Shown piece by piece: positions 30,445 to 40,226 of a DNA stretch of 64,000 nucleotides (position 1 is the first letter of the stretch; every line of letters starts with the position of its first letter). Position numbers and translations under genes: made by a program. Source of the DNA: Cyanobacteria bacterium P01_F01_bin.150. Its GTDB lineage: Bacteria > Cyanobacteriota > Cyanobacteriia > CAKZMO01. The notes under the pieces were generated by a model that had not been told where the DNA came from, made no database searches, and saw nothing but the letters and a program-made list of their open reading frames with translations. Location of the stretch: NCBI GenBank assembly GCA_039189765.1, contig JBCCYL010000005.1:1-64000 (forward strand), given 5' to 3'.

Positions 30445-31417
30445 TTTTTCTCATTCCTATCTCAGTTAAATTAAAAGATGTCTCACGTGCTGATATAGTA
30501 CGCATGGATATATCATCTAATCTTCTTCTTCGAGTTATATCACTTCCCCATTCACTCAAATATTTGTCTTTGGCAGCATCAAAAATATTGGCGGAATTCT
30601 CAACGGAGTTAATCAATCTTACTCTTATAGGAGTATCCTCTAGAAGCATCTGAAATCTAGAAAGTGCATCTAGGAAATAAACGTATTCATCAATATCGTC
30701 TCCATCCCTCATATAGTAAATTAAATATCCTTCCTTATTTTTTTCTGTAGCTTTGTGCTTAATAATTAACCAAGGCCCTGTTATCATTTCAATAGAAGCT
30801 GCATGAGACCATGAATCTCCATGAGCTTTTGCAAGAACCAGATCTGGATAGAAAAAGGTGTAATTTTCAGGTCGTGTCATCTTTTGATCAGCGACCAGGC
30901 TCTTTAAATCATGAACAATATTGAAGAGCATCATGATTCTTTGAGGTTCAAGAATCACAATTTTATTTTTTTCTGATATATCTAGACTTTTCAATTTTAT
31001 CTTGAATAGATGTTTATATAGAGATGTATCAAACCGACCATCATGGTTATAAATGAACAATAATCCAATGACTTCTGCAGAACCAGCATGGGACAATAGA
31101 AACTTATTTTGCCAATCTTTACTAATGTTTGCACATTCGACAGCCATACTCAGAGACTTTAATGATTTTTCTAGAGCGCCTTTAGTTATGCTTTCTTTTT
31201 TATAACTCTTCAGATCAGTATTCAAATAGATGACTTTTCCTGTGTAAGGATCATCATAATAAAAAACGACATCACTAGGGTGTGTTTCTTTTTCATGATG
31301 TATTGAAACGCATTCCCAATTAGTATCTTTTAACGGTCGATGACACCATTTTAGCCATGAAAAAATATCTTCAGAAATTTGATCGGCTAGAGCTGCAATG
31401 TTTGATGTTTCGGACAT
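30437..31417 (-). CDS. PD-(D/E)xK-fold nuclease, GapS4a-like
   Basis: 326 aa; N-terminal E..NIA..A, THPSDVVF and NTDLKSY give a PD...(D/E)xK catalytic arrangement. Confidence 0.6.
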   Translation of the reverse strand: MSETSNIAALADQISEDIFSWLKWCHRPLKDTNWECVSIHHEKETHPSDVVFYYDDPYTGKVIYLNTDLKSYKKESITKGALEKSLKSLSMAVECANISKDWQNKFLLSHAGSAEVIGLLFIYNHDGRFDTSLYKHLFKIKLKSLDISEKNKIVILEPQRIMMLFNIVHDLKSLVADQKMTRPENYTFFYPDLVLAKAHGDSWSHAASIEMITGPWLIIKHKATEKNKEGYLIYYMRDGDDIDEYVYFLDALSRFQMLLEDTPIRVRLINSVENSANIFDAAKDKYLSEWGSDITRRRRLDDISMRTISARETSFNLTEIGMRKNE

Positions 31418-31860
31418 TCTATTTATTAATTAATGCATGAAAAATTAAATCTATTTAGCCATGCTATCTATTGAGTCCAACAAATAAAGCTTTAACATGG
31501 CCTGATAAATAAATCTTCTAAAATCTTAAAGCTGTGAGATGCTTCGATAAGAATGCGAATGCCTGAATGGAATGGAATGCCTGTCTTCTGTGTGAATATA
31601 TATAAATCCGTGTTCCCCTAGTCAAATAAATGCTCATATTGGAATATGTTAGAGTTGCGGTTGTATTTCTGAAGAAAATAAATGGTTTTATTGCTTTAAT
31701 CTGTTTTTTCTCTCAAGCATTGATAAGCCATGTTCAACTCCCTAATGCAATTATCATAAGCATTATGGTTAAAAAAACTGAGGTATGCTGTTTTTCTCTC
31801 TAGATGAGTTCGCTGTATGTTTTTGCACTCCTTTACAAGGATTGAATATAGGGAATGGAA

Positions 31861-32010
31861 GCACGATCGCCTCCACTCCAGATTGCTTGAATCGGTGATG
31901 GAGATGCGATCGCCCCTTCTCCTCCTCCAGCCTGATTTAGATGTGTTGGTGGAAAATGCGATCGACCTTACTTCAGAATGATTGGATGTGTTGGTGGGAA
32001 TGCGATCGCT
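31861..32010. repeat. Cluster of four HIP1-like sites with short direct repeats (GATGTGTTGGTGG..AATGCGATCG)
   Basis: Four CGATCG cores about 45 bp apart, two of them preceded by the same 13-mer. Marks the right border of the AT-rich island. Confidence 0.65.
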
Positions 32011-32103
32011 TTATCTTTACATAACAAGATTCAGTTTGATGGGTAAAGTCCCGTTCGCTATATTTAGGGAGTACAGACTGGTGTCTCGATTTAGGGGCTT
32101 GGT

Positions 32104-32328
32104 ATGGATCTCACAGCGACGCTGAATGAAATTACCGCTTTGAGCACTGAGGATAAAATCCTTCTCGTGCAAGCGATTTGGGATAGCATTCCCGCAGAAC
32201 AGGCTTATCCTGAACTGACCGAAGCTCAAAAGCATGAACTCGATCATCGGATTGATAGATATGAAGACGATCCAGAAAACGTTCTCTCTTGGGATGAGAT
32301 CAAGGCATCAGTTAGGAAGCGGAAATGA
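32104..32328 (+). CDS. Addiction-module antitoxin (TIGR02574-like)
   Basis: 74 aa with LSTEDKILLVQAIWDSI, LTEAQKHELDHRI and SWDEIK. Confidence 0.88.
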   Translation: MDLTATLNEITALSTEDKILLVQAIWDSIPAEQAYPELTEAQKHELDHRIDRYEDDPENVLSWDEIKASVRKRK

Positions 32329-32348
32329 AATATGTACTCGGGTCATAG
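32325..32348 (+). pseudogene. Remnant of the cognate RelE/ParE toxin start (MKYVL...)
   Basis: ATGA overlap with the antitoxin stop. Reads MKYVLGS* and then unrelated sequence. Confidence 0.45.
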
Positions 32349-32460
32349 TCCAGCCGGATGATCGTGACAGCCATTTTTCATGGCCGCAGAGAGCCGAAAT
32401 CGTGGCGATCGCGGACTTAAGAAAAGGCTTTATATAATGTAGGGGGAGGAAGAGATAAAC

Positions 32461-32865
32461 ATGGCACTACTAGAATTTAAGAGTACATTAATTGCTGTAG
32501 ATAATGATCTTCAGCAGGTCCAGCAACGCTTAGAAGATATGGTGCAGCACTCTAGCACCATCTTGTTGAAGAATCTAGTTGAAGAGACGCGATCGCAAAT
32601 TGCCCAAACATACATCAAATCAATAACTGATCGAGAAAGGGCAGCTATCTTCGCCTCAATCAATCAGGCTTGGCTTAGACTGTGGGAACAATTCAAACAT
32701 ATCCCAGAAGTAAAAACAATGATCATCAGCTACGAAGCTCAGGAGGGATTTCCCATTAGGGTAAATCCTGCCCAGGCAATTGGATTAGGATTTTGTTGCA
32801 TGGTGCTTAACATGGCCTGCCGTAAAGCCTGCGCTCGGTTTGGATTATTCAAAAGCTCGGTATAG
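32461..32865 (+). CDS. Hypothetical helical protein, probably a 3'-truncated fragment
   Basis: Good RBS (GGAGGA) and a helical N-terminus. The last ~40 codons are antisense to the CHAT gene end. Confidence 0.4.
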   Translation: MALLEFKSTLIAVDNDLQQVQQRLEDMVQHSSTILLKNLVEETRSQIAQTYIKSITDRERAAIFASINQAWLRLWEQFKHIPEVKTMIISYEAQEGFPIRVNPAQAIGLGFCCMVLNMACRKACARFGLFKSSV

Positions 32866-35201
32866 AAAGCCATCATCAGTTGGGAGGTGGGCTCATCGGG
32901 AACAGCCCACAGGGATACCACAACATTGGATGCTCCTGCCCCAATAAACGATCGGGCCAAGCCAATTACTCCGTCCCCAGTGATATCGCCTCGACCTGTA
33001 TTGCAAGCGCTAAGAACGACCATCTCAGCCTGCAACTCCATCGCCATAATTTCGCCAGAGGTCAACAACCCATCGGTCGTCTGGTCCAGGTCATCGTTGT
33101 CCGTCTCTTGCTGTTCTTTGGCTACGTTAGGTGTAGATGGCATAGAGGGGGCCAGGGCGATCGCCCCTGGCATATCTCTCACCGCAGATTGGCGTGGATT
33201 ACCATAGTCCAGGAGTCCATGGGTTGCAAGGTGAATTAGGCGGGCGTCTGGCATTTGTTGAGCGATCGCCGCTTCTGTTGCCTGGTCTCCGACCATGGCC
33301 GTGGCGTTGATCATTTGGGCGATCGCGTTGGCTTCTTCCTCCGCAGAAGCGAGGGGGGGTAACCGTGCGGCAGGAACGGATGCCGACAGGGCAACCTTGG
33401 GCATGGTGGGATTGCCCACAATTAATGCAGGGTTTAAAGCCTGTAAAGAGTGCTCCATCGATAGCGATGGTTTATCCCTATCCCTGGCATTAACCACTCC
33501 CAAAATTTGGATGGATGGGGCCATCAGCATCGTATGCTTTTCGATCAAAAACTGCCCTTCGCTATCTTGCAAAGCCGCAAAGGACAGCATATGGAGTTCT
33601 TCCTGAGGCATAAATACAACAGGGGCTTCTGGCTGAGATGGTAATAAATCTGCAATGGGAGCAATCAGCCATTGATGTAAAGGACGATAGCCCCGTTCAG
33701 CCATTGAGGGAATAACGTGACGGCTTTGCTTTATCAACGCCTCCAGAGAATTTACGTTTGCTGAGCGGGATGTCGATGGGTCGTTCTGGCCCAACACCAC
33801 CTGACGAAAGTGAATATCACCGCTGGGCTGCACGACCCAGATAAAAATCTTGCCCACTTGTCCTCTTTGTTTACCTTGCACCTTAAATTCATCATCTGGG
33901 ACAAGGGTGTATTCCACCAAAGTGCTATTGGTCTCTTTTGCAATATTGCGAATATCTGCAACAGTGGGTGGTGCTGCCATTGACTCTGTTGAACGATCGG
34001 CTGAGCCATCCTGCGTTTGGTCCTCTTGACGTTGGGCCACAAGCTGCATAAAGGCCCGCGATCGCCCTCTCTCTGCCATTTCCAGGGCGGTCTCCACATC
34101 TCCCTGAGCCACTAAAATTTGCTGAAGTAAGTTAAAAGTGAGCACCTGGGTGTCCAATAGGGATACACGATATAAATCTGGCAGGTCACTGGAGCGAAGG
34201 ATTTCTAGGGCTGCGATCGCCGTTCTTAGCTGAGCTTCGGCTTCGGCTAAACGACCTGCATTAAATAAGGCATGGCCAAGATTATTGAACCCTTGGGCCA
34301 CGCTACGAGGATCCTCAAGCTGGTGAGCGATCGCCAAACTATCCTGATGGTAAGCAATAGCCTGGTCGTAGTTGCCCAAATCTTCGGCCACCAATCCCAA
34401 ACTGCTCAAGGCTTTGGATTCCATTAGACGATGACCCACTTCACGGGCGATCGCCAAACTTCTTTCGTAGTATGCCGCTGCTCTATCGATATCCCCTTGG
34501 GCATGGTAAGTGGCCCCCAAGTTAAGGAGCCGATGGCCTTCACCTTCTCGATCACCTAATCCTTTCGCTAGGGTCCAGCTTTGCTGATGGGCCGTCAATG
34601 CTTGGTCATAGTTGCCCTGGGTCGAATACACCGCGCCCAAATTGCCCAGGACCACCCCTTCACCGACGCGATCGCCCTCTGCTCTGGCAATGGATAGACT
34701 CTCCTGATAGGTCAATACGGCTTGATCATAGTCGCCGATGGCCTCGTATACGTTGCCTAAATTTCCCAGTAGCTGTCCCACCTGCTGCTGAGTTCCCACT
34801 TGTTTGAGAACGGCTAACGCCTGTTGATTGGCATTAATTGCCTGTAGATAGTTGCCGACATCACCATGGGCGATGCCTAAATTTGCCAGGGTAAAGGCGG
34901 TATTGTGCCGATCGTTTTGGGATTGAAAGAGGGGGAGGGCTTGCTGCCAGAGGGCGATCGCCCTGCGAGGATTACTGTTTCGATATGCGTCTAAACCCTC
35001 TTGAAGTAATGCACCGGGGGGTGGGGACGTTACTAGAGAAGGTTCCTGGCTATTGGTGATGGCATGGGCCGTATCAACAAGCCCGATGCTTGTCCCAACC
35101 TGAATCCCAAGCATTAATATTGCCAAGAGGTGGGGACTAACCAAACGAACGATTGAAAAAAAATCGGTTATTGCATTACGGGACTGTGGGTGTTCATTCA
35201 T
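32739..35201 (-). CDS. TPR-CHAT (caspase-like) protein, 820 aa
   Basis: N-terminal signal/TM segment, about 7 TPRs (LGNLGNVY..), ERGRSRAF, HLATHG, VLSACNTGRG and WAGF. Confidence 0.92.
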   Translation of the reverse strand: MNEHPQSRNAITDFFSIVRLVSPHLLAILMLGIQVGTSIGLVDTAHAITNSQEPSLVTSPPPGALLQEGLDAYRNSNPRRAIALWQQALPLFQSQNDRHNTAFTLANLGIAHGDVGNYLQAINANQQALAVLKQVGTQQQVGQLLGNLGNVYEAIGDYDQAVLTYQESLSIARAEGDRVGEGVVLGNLGAVYSTQGNYDQALTAHQQSWTLAKGLGDREGEGHRLLNLGATYHAQGDIDRAAAYYERSLAIAREVGHRLMESKALSSLGLVAEDLGNYDQAIAYHQDSLAIAHQLEDPRSVAQGFNNLGHALFNAGRLAEAEAQLRTAIAALEILRSSDLPDLYRVSLLDTQVLTFNLLQQILVAQGDVETALEMAERGRSRAFMQLVAQRQEDQTQDGSADRSTESMAAPPTVADIRNIAKETNSTLVEYTLVPDDEFKVQGKQRGQVGKIFIWVVQPSGDIHFRQVVLGQNDPSTSRSANVNSLEALIKQSRHVIPSMAERGYRPLHQWLIAPIADLLPSQPEAPVVFMPQEELHMLSFAALQDSEGQFLIEKHTMLMAPSIQILGVVNARDRDKPSLSMEHSLQALNPALIVGNPTMPKVALSASVPAARLPPLASAEEEANAIAQMINATAMVGDQATEAAIAQQMPDARLIHLATHGLLDYGNPRQSAVRDMPGAIALAPSMPSTPNVAKEQQETDNDDLDQTTDGLLTSGEIMAMELQAEMVVLSACNTGRGDITGDGVIGLARSFIGAGASNVVVSLWAVPDEPTSQLMMAFYTELLNNPNRAQALRQAMLSTMQQNPNPIAWAGFTLMGNPS

Positions 35202-35204
35202 CGC

Positions 35205-38200
35205 TTACTCCACGGTCAATGGCTCTGCGACGTTAGATTCAAGCTCAGGTTCTCCCCGCTGTTGCCCAGTGCTACAGGGATCGATTAGATCCTCGGAGGA
35301 TGAGCGATAGTTGGCAATTAGGGCCTCTTCGATGGTGAGTATGGCGTTGGATGTGGTACGGATGAGGCGATCGCCTTCCGCATCACAACTATCAAACACT
35401 GCCTCCGCTAAAAATTCTTGATCACTAAATTCGGATGGCGAAGAATCTTCGAGGGTTGAGTCTTCATTCTCTTCTCCAATCTTCTCCCCTGCCACAAGTG
35501 TATCGTCTGAGCTATCTTCTGCCGCTGGATTGGTGTCATCATTTTCGCCAGGGTTCTCTGCAACCGGGTCATCCGGTGCATCGTCAGGAGTCTCTGCAAC
35601 CGGGTTGTCTGTCGGTGTATCGCCAGGGTTCTCTGCAACCAGTTCATCCGTCGGTGTATCGCCAGGAGTCTCTGCAAACGAGTCGTCCGTTGGCGTGTCG
35701 ATGGGATTCTCTGCAACCGGGTCGTCCGTTGGTATATCGATGGGATTCTCTGCAATTGGATCGTTAATAACCGGATTATCTATCGGAATGTCCGTTGGGT
35801 TATCAGCCATTGGATCATCGACTGGAGGGGGTGGTTCTGGTTCAAAAAGACGATTTTGGAGCGAGCCTTGCAAGCTGGCATCTGTTGCAGTGCTGGAGAT
35901 TCCACCAACAGCTCCGCTAGCCTTTTCAGGCAGAGCATCCAACGGCGTTGCGTTAGCAACCAAATCTGCAAAGGGAAATGTATCCTCAGCCGTTTCATCA
36001 AAGGGCGGAATCGGCTCATCGTCGCTGGAGGGAAATGGGTCATTACTAATCAAAAACGGATTGGTCTCGTCGTAATCAGGTCCAACAATAAGTTCTTGTT
36101 CCGGATCGCCTTCAATTTCAATCAGCACAAACCCGCTCTCTGTCGTAACTGGATCAATAATAGGCTCTCGATTTTGCCCATACTTGATGCTAATTGGACC
36201 ATCAATTGATTCAAGACTCACGAGAAAATTACCAAGAAAGATTTGATCCTCAAAACTATCATCTGGATATCCTAAATCAGCTAAATAGTCAGCAAGAATT
36301 GGCGGAGCATCAAACGTCCTATTGCTGGATGAATCTCTAGCATTGAGAGCTTGTAACGATCCACCCGCATCAATATCAATACCTCCTTGCCCAGCCAAAA
36401 TGTAGCCTACTGTGATATCACCTGTCGTAGACGATAAACGAACCAAATTCGCACCTGGGTTTTCGGAATTATTGGATGTATTGCTGAAAATATTGCCAGC
36501 ATTAATATCCCCTACTGCGGCCAATCGAACAGACACTCCTCTAATCGATCGCTCATCAAAACTTTGCGTTAGCCTATCACCAACCGTAATATCGCCACCA
36601 GAGATAATCTCAACAGCGGCATCAGCAATCTCTGTTCCAATGCCCAAAGGATCTGCATCAATAGAGCCAGTATTAATATCACCAGGGGCTGATAGGATAA
36701 CAAAACCATCGGTTGTTTCAGTCTTAATTGAACCTAGATTGATAGTTGCTGGGACTGATGGAGTATTCGAACGATTGAAAATCGTGTCACCTATCTGAGT
36801 TTGACCAGAGATTACAGGATTTTGCAGCACAGTTTCTCCTGCACGTAGTATTAATGCAGAACCACTTGCCAGAGTAACGAAATCCGGATCGTCCCCTTCA
36901 AATGTGCCATTTGCACTGGTAATTTCAATATCGCCGCCCGTTATGCTACCCACAGCCTCAACTTTGAGAGCTGGTCCTCGATAATCCCCAAAATCAACAT
37001 CACCCAATGAGCTAATTAAAGATTGGGAATTAGACGTATAGTCTCCATTTTCTCCTGCCAAGTTTAAGACAGAAAATCCATTGTTAATAAAGCGAGAATT
37101 TCCCTCAATCAACCCATCACTAACAAGTGTAGTCATTCCCCCACTTTGAATCCGAGACTGACGGTTATTGATGGCATTGATCCTGACTCCATCATTGCCT
37201 TGAACAAAAAGATTGCCTCCTGCATCCACAATGGCTTCACCATCTGTTCCTATCCAATCATCAATATTGACAGAGACTTGAGATATTAGCTCCACATCGC
37301 CTCCAGCCAATATTTGATCAGAACCGAGATTCAAATCACTGATGGAGGTAAGAAAAACGTTACCTTGAGTGAGAATATCGTCGAATTCGATAGTGTTGCC
37401 ACTAATGCTCAGATTATCGATACGATTTTCTAGAGTTGAAGCCTCGTCAATTCCAACTTTATCAATACTGATATTTCCACTGCCCGCATTAAGCGTTAAG
37501 CTATGAGGCCCAGTATCAGCACTCAGAAGTGCCCCCTGAACTTCAATATTTCCTTCTCCTAGCCCTGTTGAAATAATAGTATCTTGAGTTAAGGTAATAG
37601 ACTCAAATCCTAACGTTACTAGTCCCTGGTCAGTGATAATATCACCACCTAATCTGATATCCCCAAAGAAACCTGTAACGTCCAAAGACGATAGAGGAAC
37701 ATTGCTGCCAATATCTCCGTTTAGAGAGACTTCTCGTCCATCTATAGTTAAATTGTGAGAGCCGTCAATAGAGCCGTTCACAACAATCCGATCGGATCCA
37801 AATCGACCTAAGTTAAGATCTCCCTCTAGGGTGACTGTCCCATTAATCGTAGTGTCTCCAGGAGCGTAGAACTCGCCTCCAGAAAAAATAGTATTCCCTG
37901 TTATGTCAGCATCAACAAGTAGTTGATTTGATTCACCATTGAATCGAACTTGACCATTTCCTGCATCAATAGGTAAAGAAAAGCCATTAATATTGCCATT
38001 GAACGTGATATTTCCATCTGTAATGCCAGTGCTAGTAATTTGAGTTGTAAAACTCGTGTCCACTTGTCCACTGAGAAAAATATCTCCGCCCTTTGAGTTA
38101 AGGATACCAGCAACATCAATATCACTTGCAAAAATATTAATGTTTCCACCTTCAGTCGATAACGTAGAGGATAGTCCGAGGTAGAATTCCTCTCCTGCTA

Positions 38201-39833
38201 TGAAATTAACCGATTGCCCTGATTGTGTCTTAAACGCGACAGAATCACTTACAGAGATATCTTCTGAAGCACTTAAAAGAATATTAGTGTTGCCAGATAA
38301 TGCTTCTAATGCTTGTACTGAAATTCGAAAGAAATCATTCGTCCCGTTAACATCACCTGCAAGAATTCTGCCATCTGTTACTTGATCATCATCGGATCCG
38401 GTTTGGGTGCTAAAAATGCTAATGTCAGTGGGGTCAAATAGAACGGTTCCAGCTATGCCATTGACGGCCGAGGTATCAACAGTACCGGAAAAGTTTAACT
38501 GTCGATAACCAGAAATTTCGACAAATCCACCATCACCAGAAACCGCTCCACCACGGGCAGCAATATCGCCGTAGAACCCAGTGACATCGTCGGCCCAAAC
38601 GATCGCCTCTCCACCATTCCCCGTCTCCAGCGCATCCACTGTCACCACCGAATTCGTATCCACTAACGTGCGTGATGCAGTAAGCGTGATTCCCTGCCCT
38701 TGGAATTCACCCCCAAGCCAGACGGTACCACCGCCATCGGTTCCTGATGCATCCACCGTGGCATTGAGGAGGGCAACGCGATCGCCCAGCACCTGCACCC
38801 GACCACCAACAATACCCTCCACGGTCGATTCCGGCGGCGCAGATTCCGACAGCGCAATATCAGACGACACATTGGAGGCATCGATGACTCCGGTTGTAAT
38901 CATAGTTCCTGGCGTCGGACTAACGGCTACATCAGACCCCGTTAGAGAAATAGAGCCATCGGCATTAACCATTACATCCGTTGCCCCCGTAGCGCTGCCT
39001 CCGGTTAGTAACGTCGGCAATGTTGCAGGAACAAACGGTAGGGCATTGGGCAACGCATCTACGGGCATCGTTGGATCAAGGGTTTGAAATTCTAAATTTA
39101 GCAATTGGTTTGCTTGGCTAAGGCGAACAATATTGTCCTCCGGCACTGCGGCCAGGGTAATCTGTCCCCCCTCAGTTGCCAATGTCCCCGTATTGACTAC
39201 GGTACCGCCGATTAGGGTGAGGCGATCGCCCCCTCCCACCATCAGTTCGCCCTCATTAACAATGGCACCGGGCCGGATTAGATTGAACCCAAGGCGATCG
39301 GGAGTACCCACCAGCGCTGCGTAGGTATTGGTGCCGACTGCACTAAACCACTCGCTCCCAAACCCAATTCCTGTTGCCGTAGTAGCGGTAAAATCCGCAG
39401 GCACATTTAGACTGGCATTCTCTCCAAAAAACAGCCCTGCCGGATTCATCAGATACAGGTTAGCATCCCCCCCAGTCGCCTGAATAACACCATCAATAAA
39501 CGAGGCATTGCCCCCGACTACTCGGGTCAGAATATTGTCAATATCGGGAGCTGATATAAAGTTGGCAATTTCAGACGGACTCAGACCAAACTGGTTAAGG
39601 CTATGGAAGAGGTTTTTGCCATCTGCGGATAATGTAGAACCTTGGATATCGTAGCGTTGACCGACCTGGGTAATCTGTGTGTTTGTATCCCCTGAAGGGG
39701 TAATCGACTGGGCCAGACTGGGATTGTCTCCAGGACCAAACAGAGCAAACGTTGCACCTAATGTGGCTGTACTTAGAGCAAAAATAGTGAAGGACTTGGA
39801 TGCAAATGATTCTGGAGCAAAATAAATCGACAT
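35205..39833 (-). CDS. Filamentous haemagglutinin N-terminal (TPS) domain exoprotein, 1542 aa
   Basis: Signal peptide ending AQ, NLFHSL.QFGL, NLYLMNPAG, GGFVEISG and FDPTDI motifs, beta-helical repeats and an acidic Pro/Asp tail. Confidence 0.92.
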   Translation of the reverse strand: MSIYFAPESFASKSFTIFALSTATLGATFALFGPGDNPSLAQSITPSGDTNTQITQVGQRYDIQGSTLSADGKNLFHSLNQFGLSPSEIANFISAPDIDNILTRVVGGNASFIDGVIQATGGDANLYLMNPAGLFFGENASLNVPADFTATTATGIGFGSEWFSAVGTNTYAALVGTPDRLGFNLIRPGAIVNEGELMVGGGDRLTLIGGTVVNTGTLATEGGQITLAAVPEDNIVRLSQANQLLNLEFQTLDPTMPVDALPNALPFVPATLPTLLTGGSATGATDVMVNADGSISLTGSDVAVSPTPGTMITTGVIDASNVSSDIALSESAPPESTVEGIVGGRVQVLGDRVALLNATVDASGTDGGGTVWLGGEFQGQGITLTASRTLVDTNSVVTVDALETGNGGEAIVWADDVTGFYGDIAARGGAVSGDGGFVEISGYRQLNFSGTVDTSAVNGIAGTVLFDPTDISIFSTQTGSDDDQVTDGRILAGDVNGTNDFFRISVQALEALSGNTNILLSASEDISVSDSVAFKTQSGQSVNFIAGEEFYLGLSSTLSTEGGNINIFASDIDVAGILNSKGGDIFLSGQVDTSFTTQITSTGITDGNITFNGNINGFSLPIDAGNGQVRFNGESNQLLVDADITGNTIFSGGEFYAPGDTTINGTVTLEGDLNLGRFGSDRIVVNGSIDGSHNLTIDGREVSLNGDIGSNVPLSSLDVTGFFGDIRLGGDIITDQGLVTLGFESITLTQDTIISTGLGEGNIEVQGALLSADTGPHSLTLNAGSGNISIDKVGIDEASTLENRIDNLSISGNTIEFDDILTQGNVFLTSISDLNLGSDQILAGGDVELISQVSVNIDDWIGTDGEAIVDAGGNLFVQGNDGVRINAINNRQSRIQSGGMTTLVSDGLIEGNSRFINNGFSVLNLAGENGDYTSNSQSLISSLGDVDFGDYRGPALKVEAVGSITGGDIEITSANGTFEGDDPDFVTLASGSALILRAGETVLQNPVISGQTQIGDTIFNRSNTPSVPATINLGSIKTETTDGFVILSAPGDINTGSIDADPLGIGTEIADAAVEIISGGDITVGDRLTQSFDERSIRGVSVRLAAVGDINAGNIFSNTSNNSENPGANLVRLSSTTGDITVGYILAGQGGIDIDAGGSLQALNARDSSSNRTFDAPPILADYLADLGYPDDSFEDQIFLGNFLVSLESIDGPISIKYGQNREPIIDPVTTESGFVLIEIEGDPEQELIVGPDYDETNPFLISNDPFPSSDDEPIPPFDETAEDTFPFADLVANATPLDALPEKASGAVGGISSTATDASLQGSLQNRLFEPEPPPPVDDPMADNPTDIPIDNPVINDPIAENPIDIPTDDPVAENPIDTPTDDSFAETPGDTPTDELVAENPGDTPTDNPVAETPDDAPDDPVAENPGENDDTNPAAEDSSDDTLVAGEKIGEENEDSTLEDSSPSEFSDQEFLAEAVFDSCDAEGDRLIRTTSNAILTIEEALIANYRSSSEDLIDPCSTGQQRGEPELESNVAEPLTVE
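35540..35820 (-). repeat. In-frame ~39-bp (13-aa) degenerate repeat, DDPVAENPxDTPT
   Basis: About seven units are visible in DNA (TCTCTGCAAC cores) and in protein. Confidence 0.85.
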
Positions 39834-40226
39834 GGTTGACTATGGGGGAATAGGAGGTCACTAGGAAGGCGATATGCGTCTTAAAGTTCAATGCTTCTTG
39901 AAACAAGCATTGAGTTAACTTGATTTTATTCGTAAACGGTCAGCTCTGCTCCGCAATAGTAATATTCCCAGAGATGTAAGTAGTGCTCTTTCAACCTTAA
40001 TTTTGGGGTAAATCCCCTGGAATTTACCCCAAAATTAAAACTTGAAGAAGCAGTAGGTAGGCCAAATTAAATTTAAGAGCAAGATGGCTGAAAGCTTCAT
40101 AAGGAGTTAAGGAAACAAAACGTTTTATGATGTGAAAGACATCAGCCAGGGTGTTTGAAGGGTCTCCACATTGATTGTCTAAGGTCATACAGTTGTCGTT
40201 GAGCAGTGGTTGGCTGCGCAAAGCCT

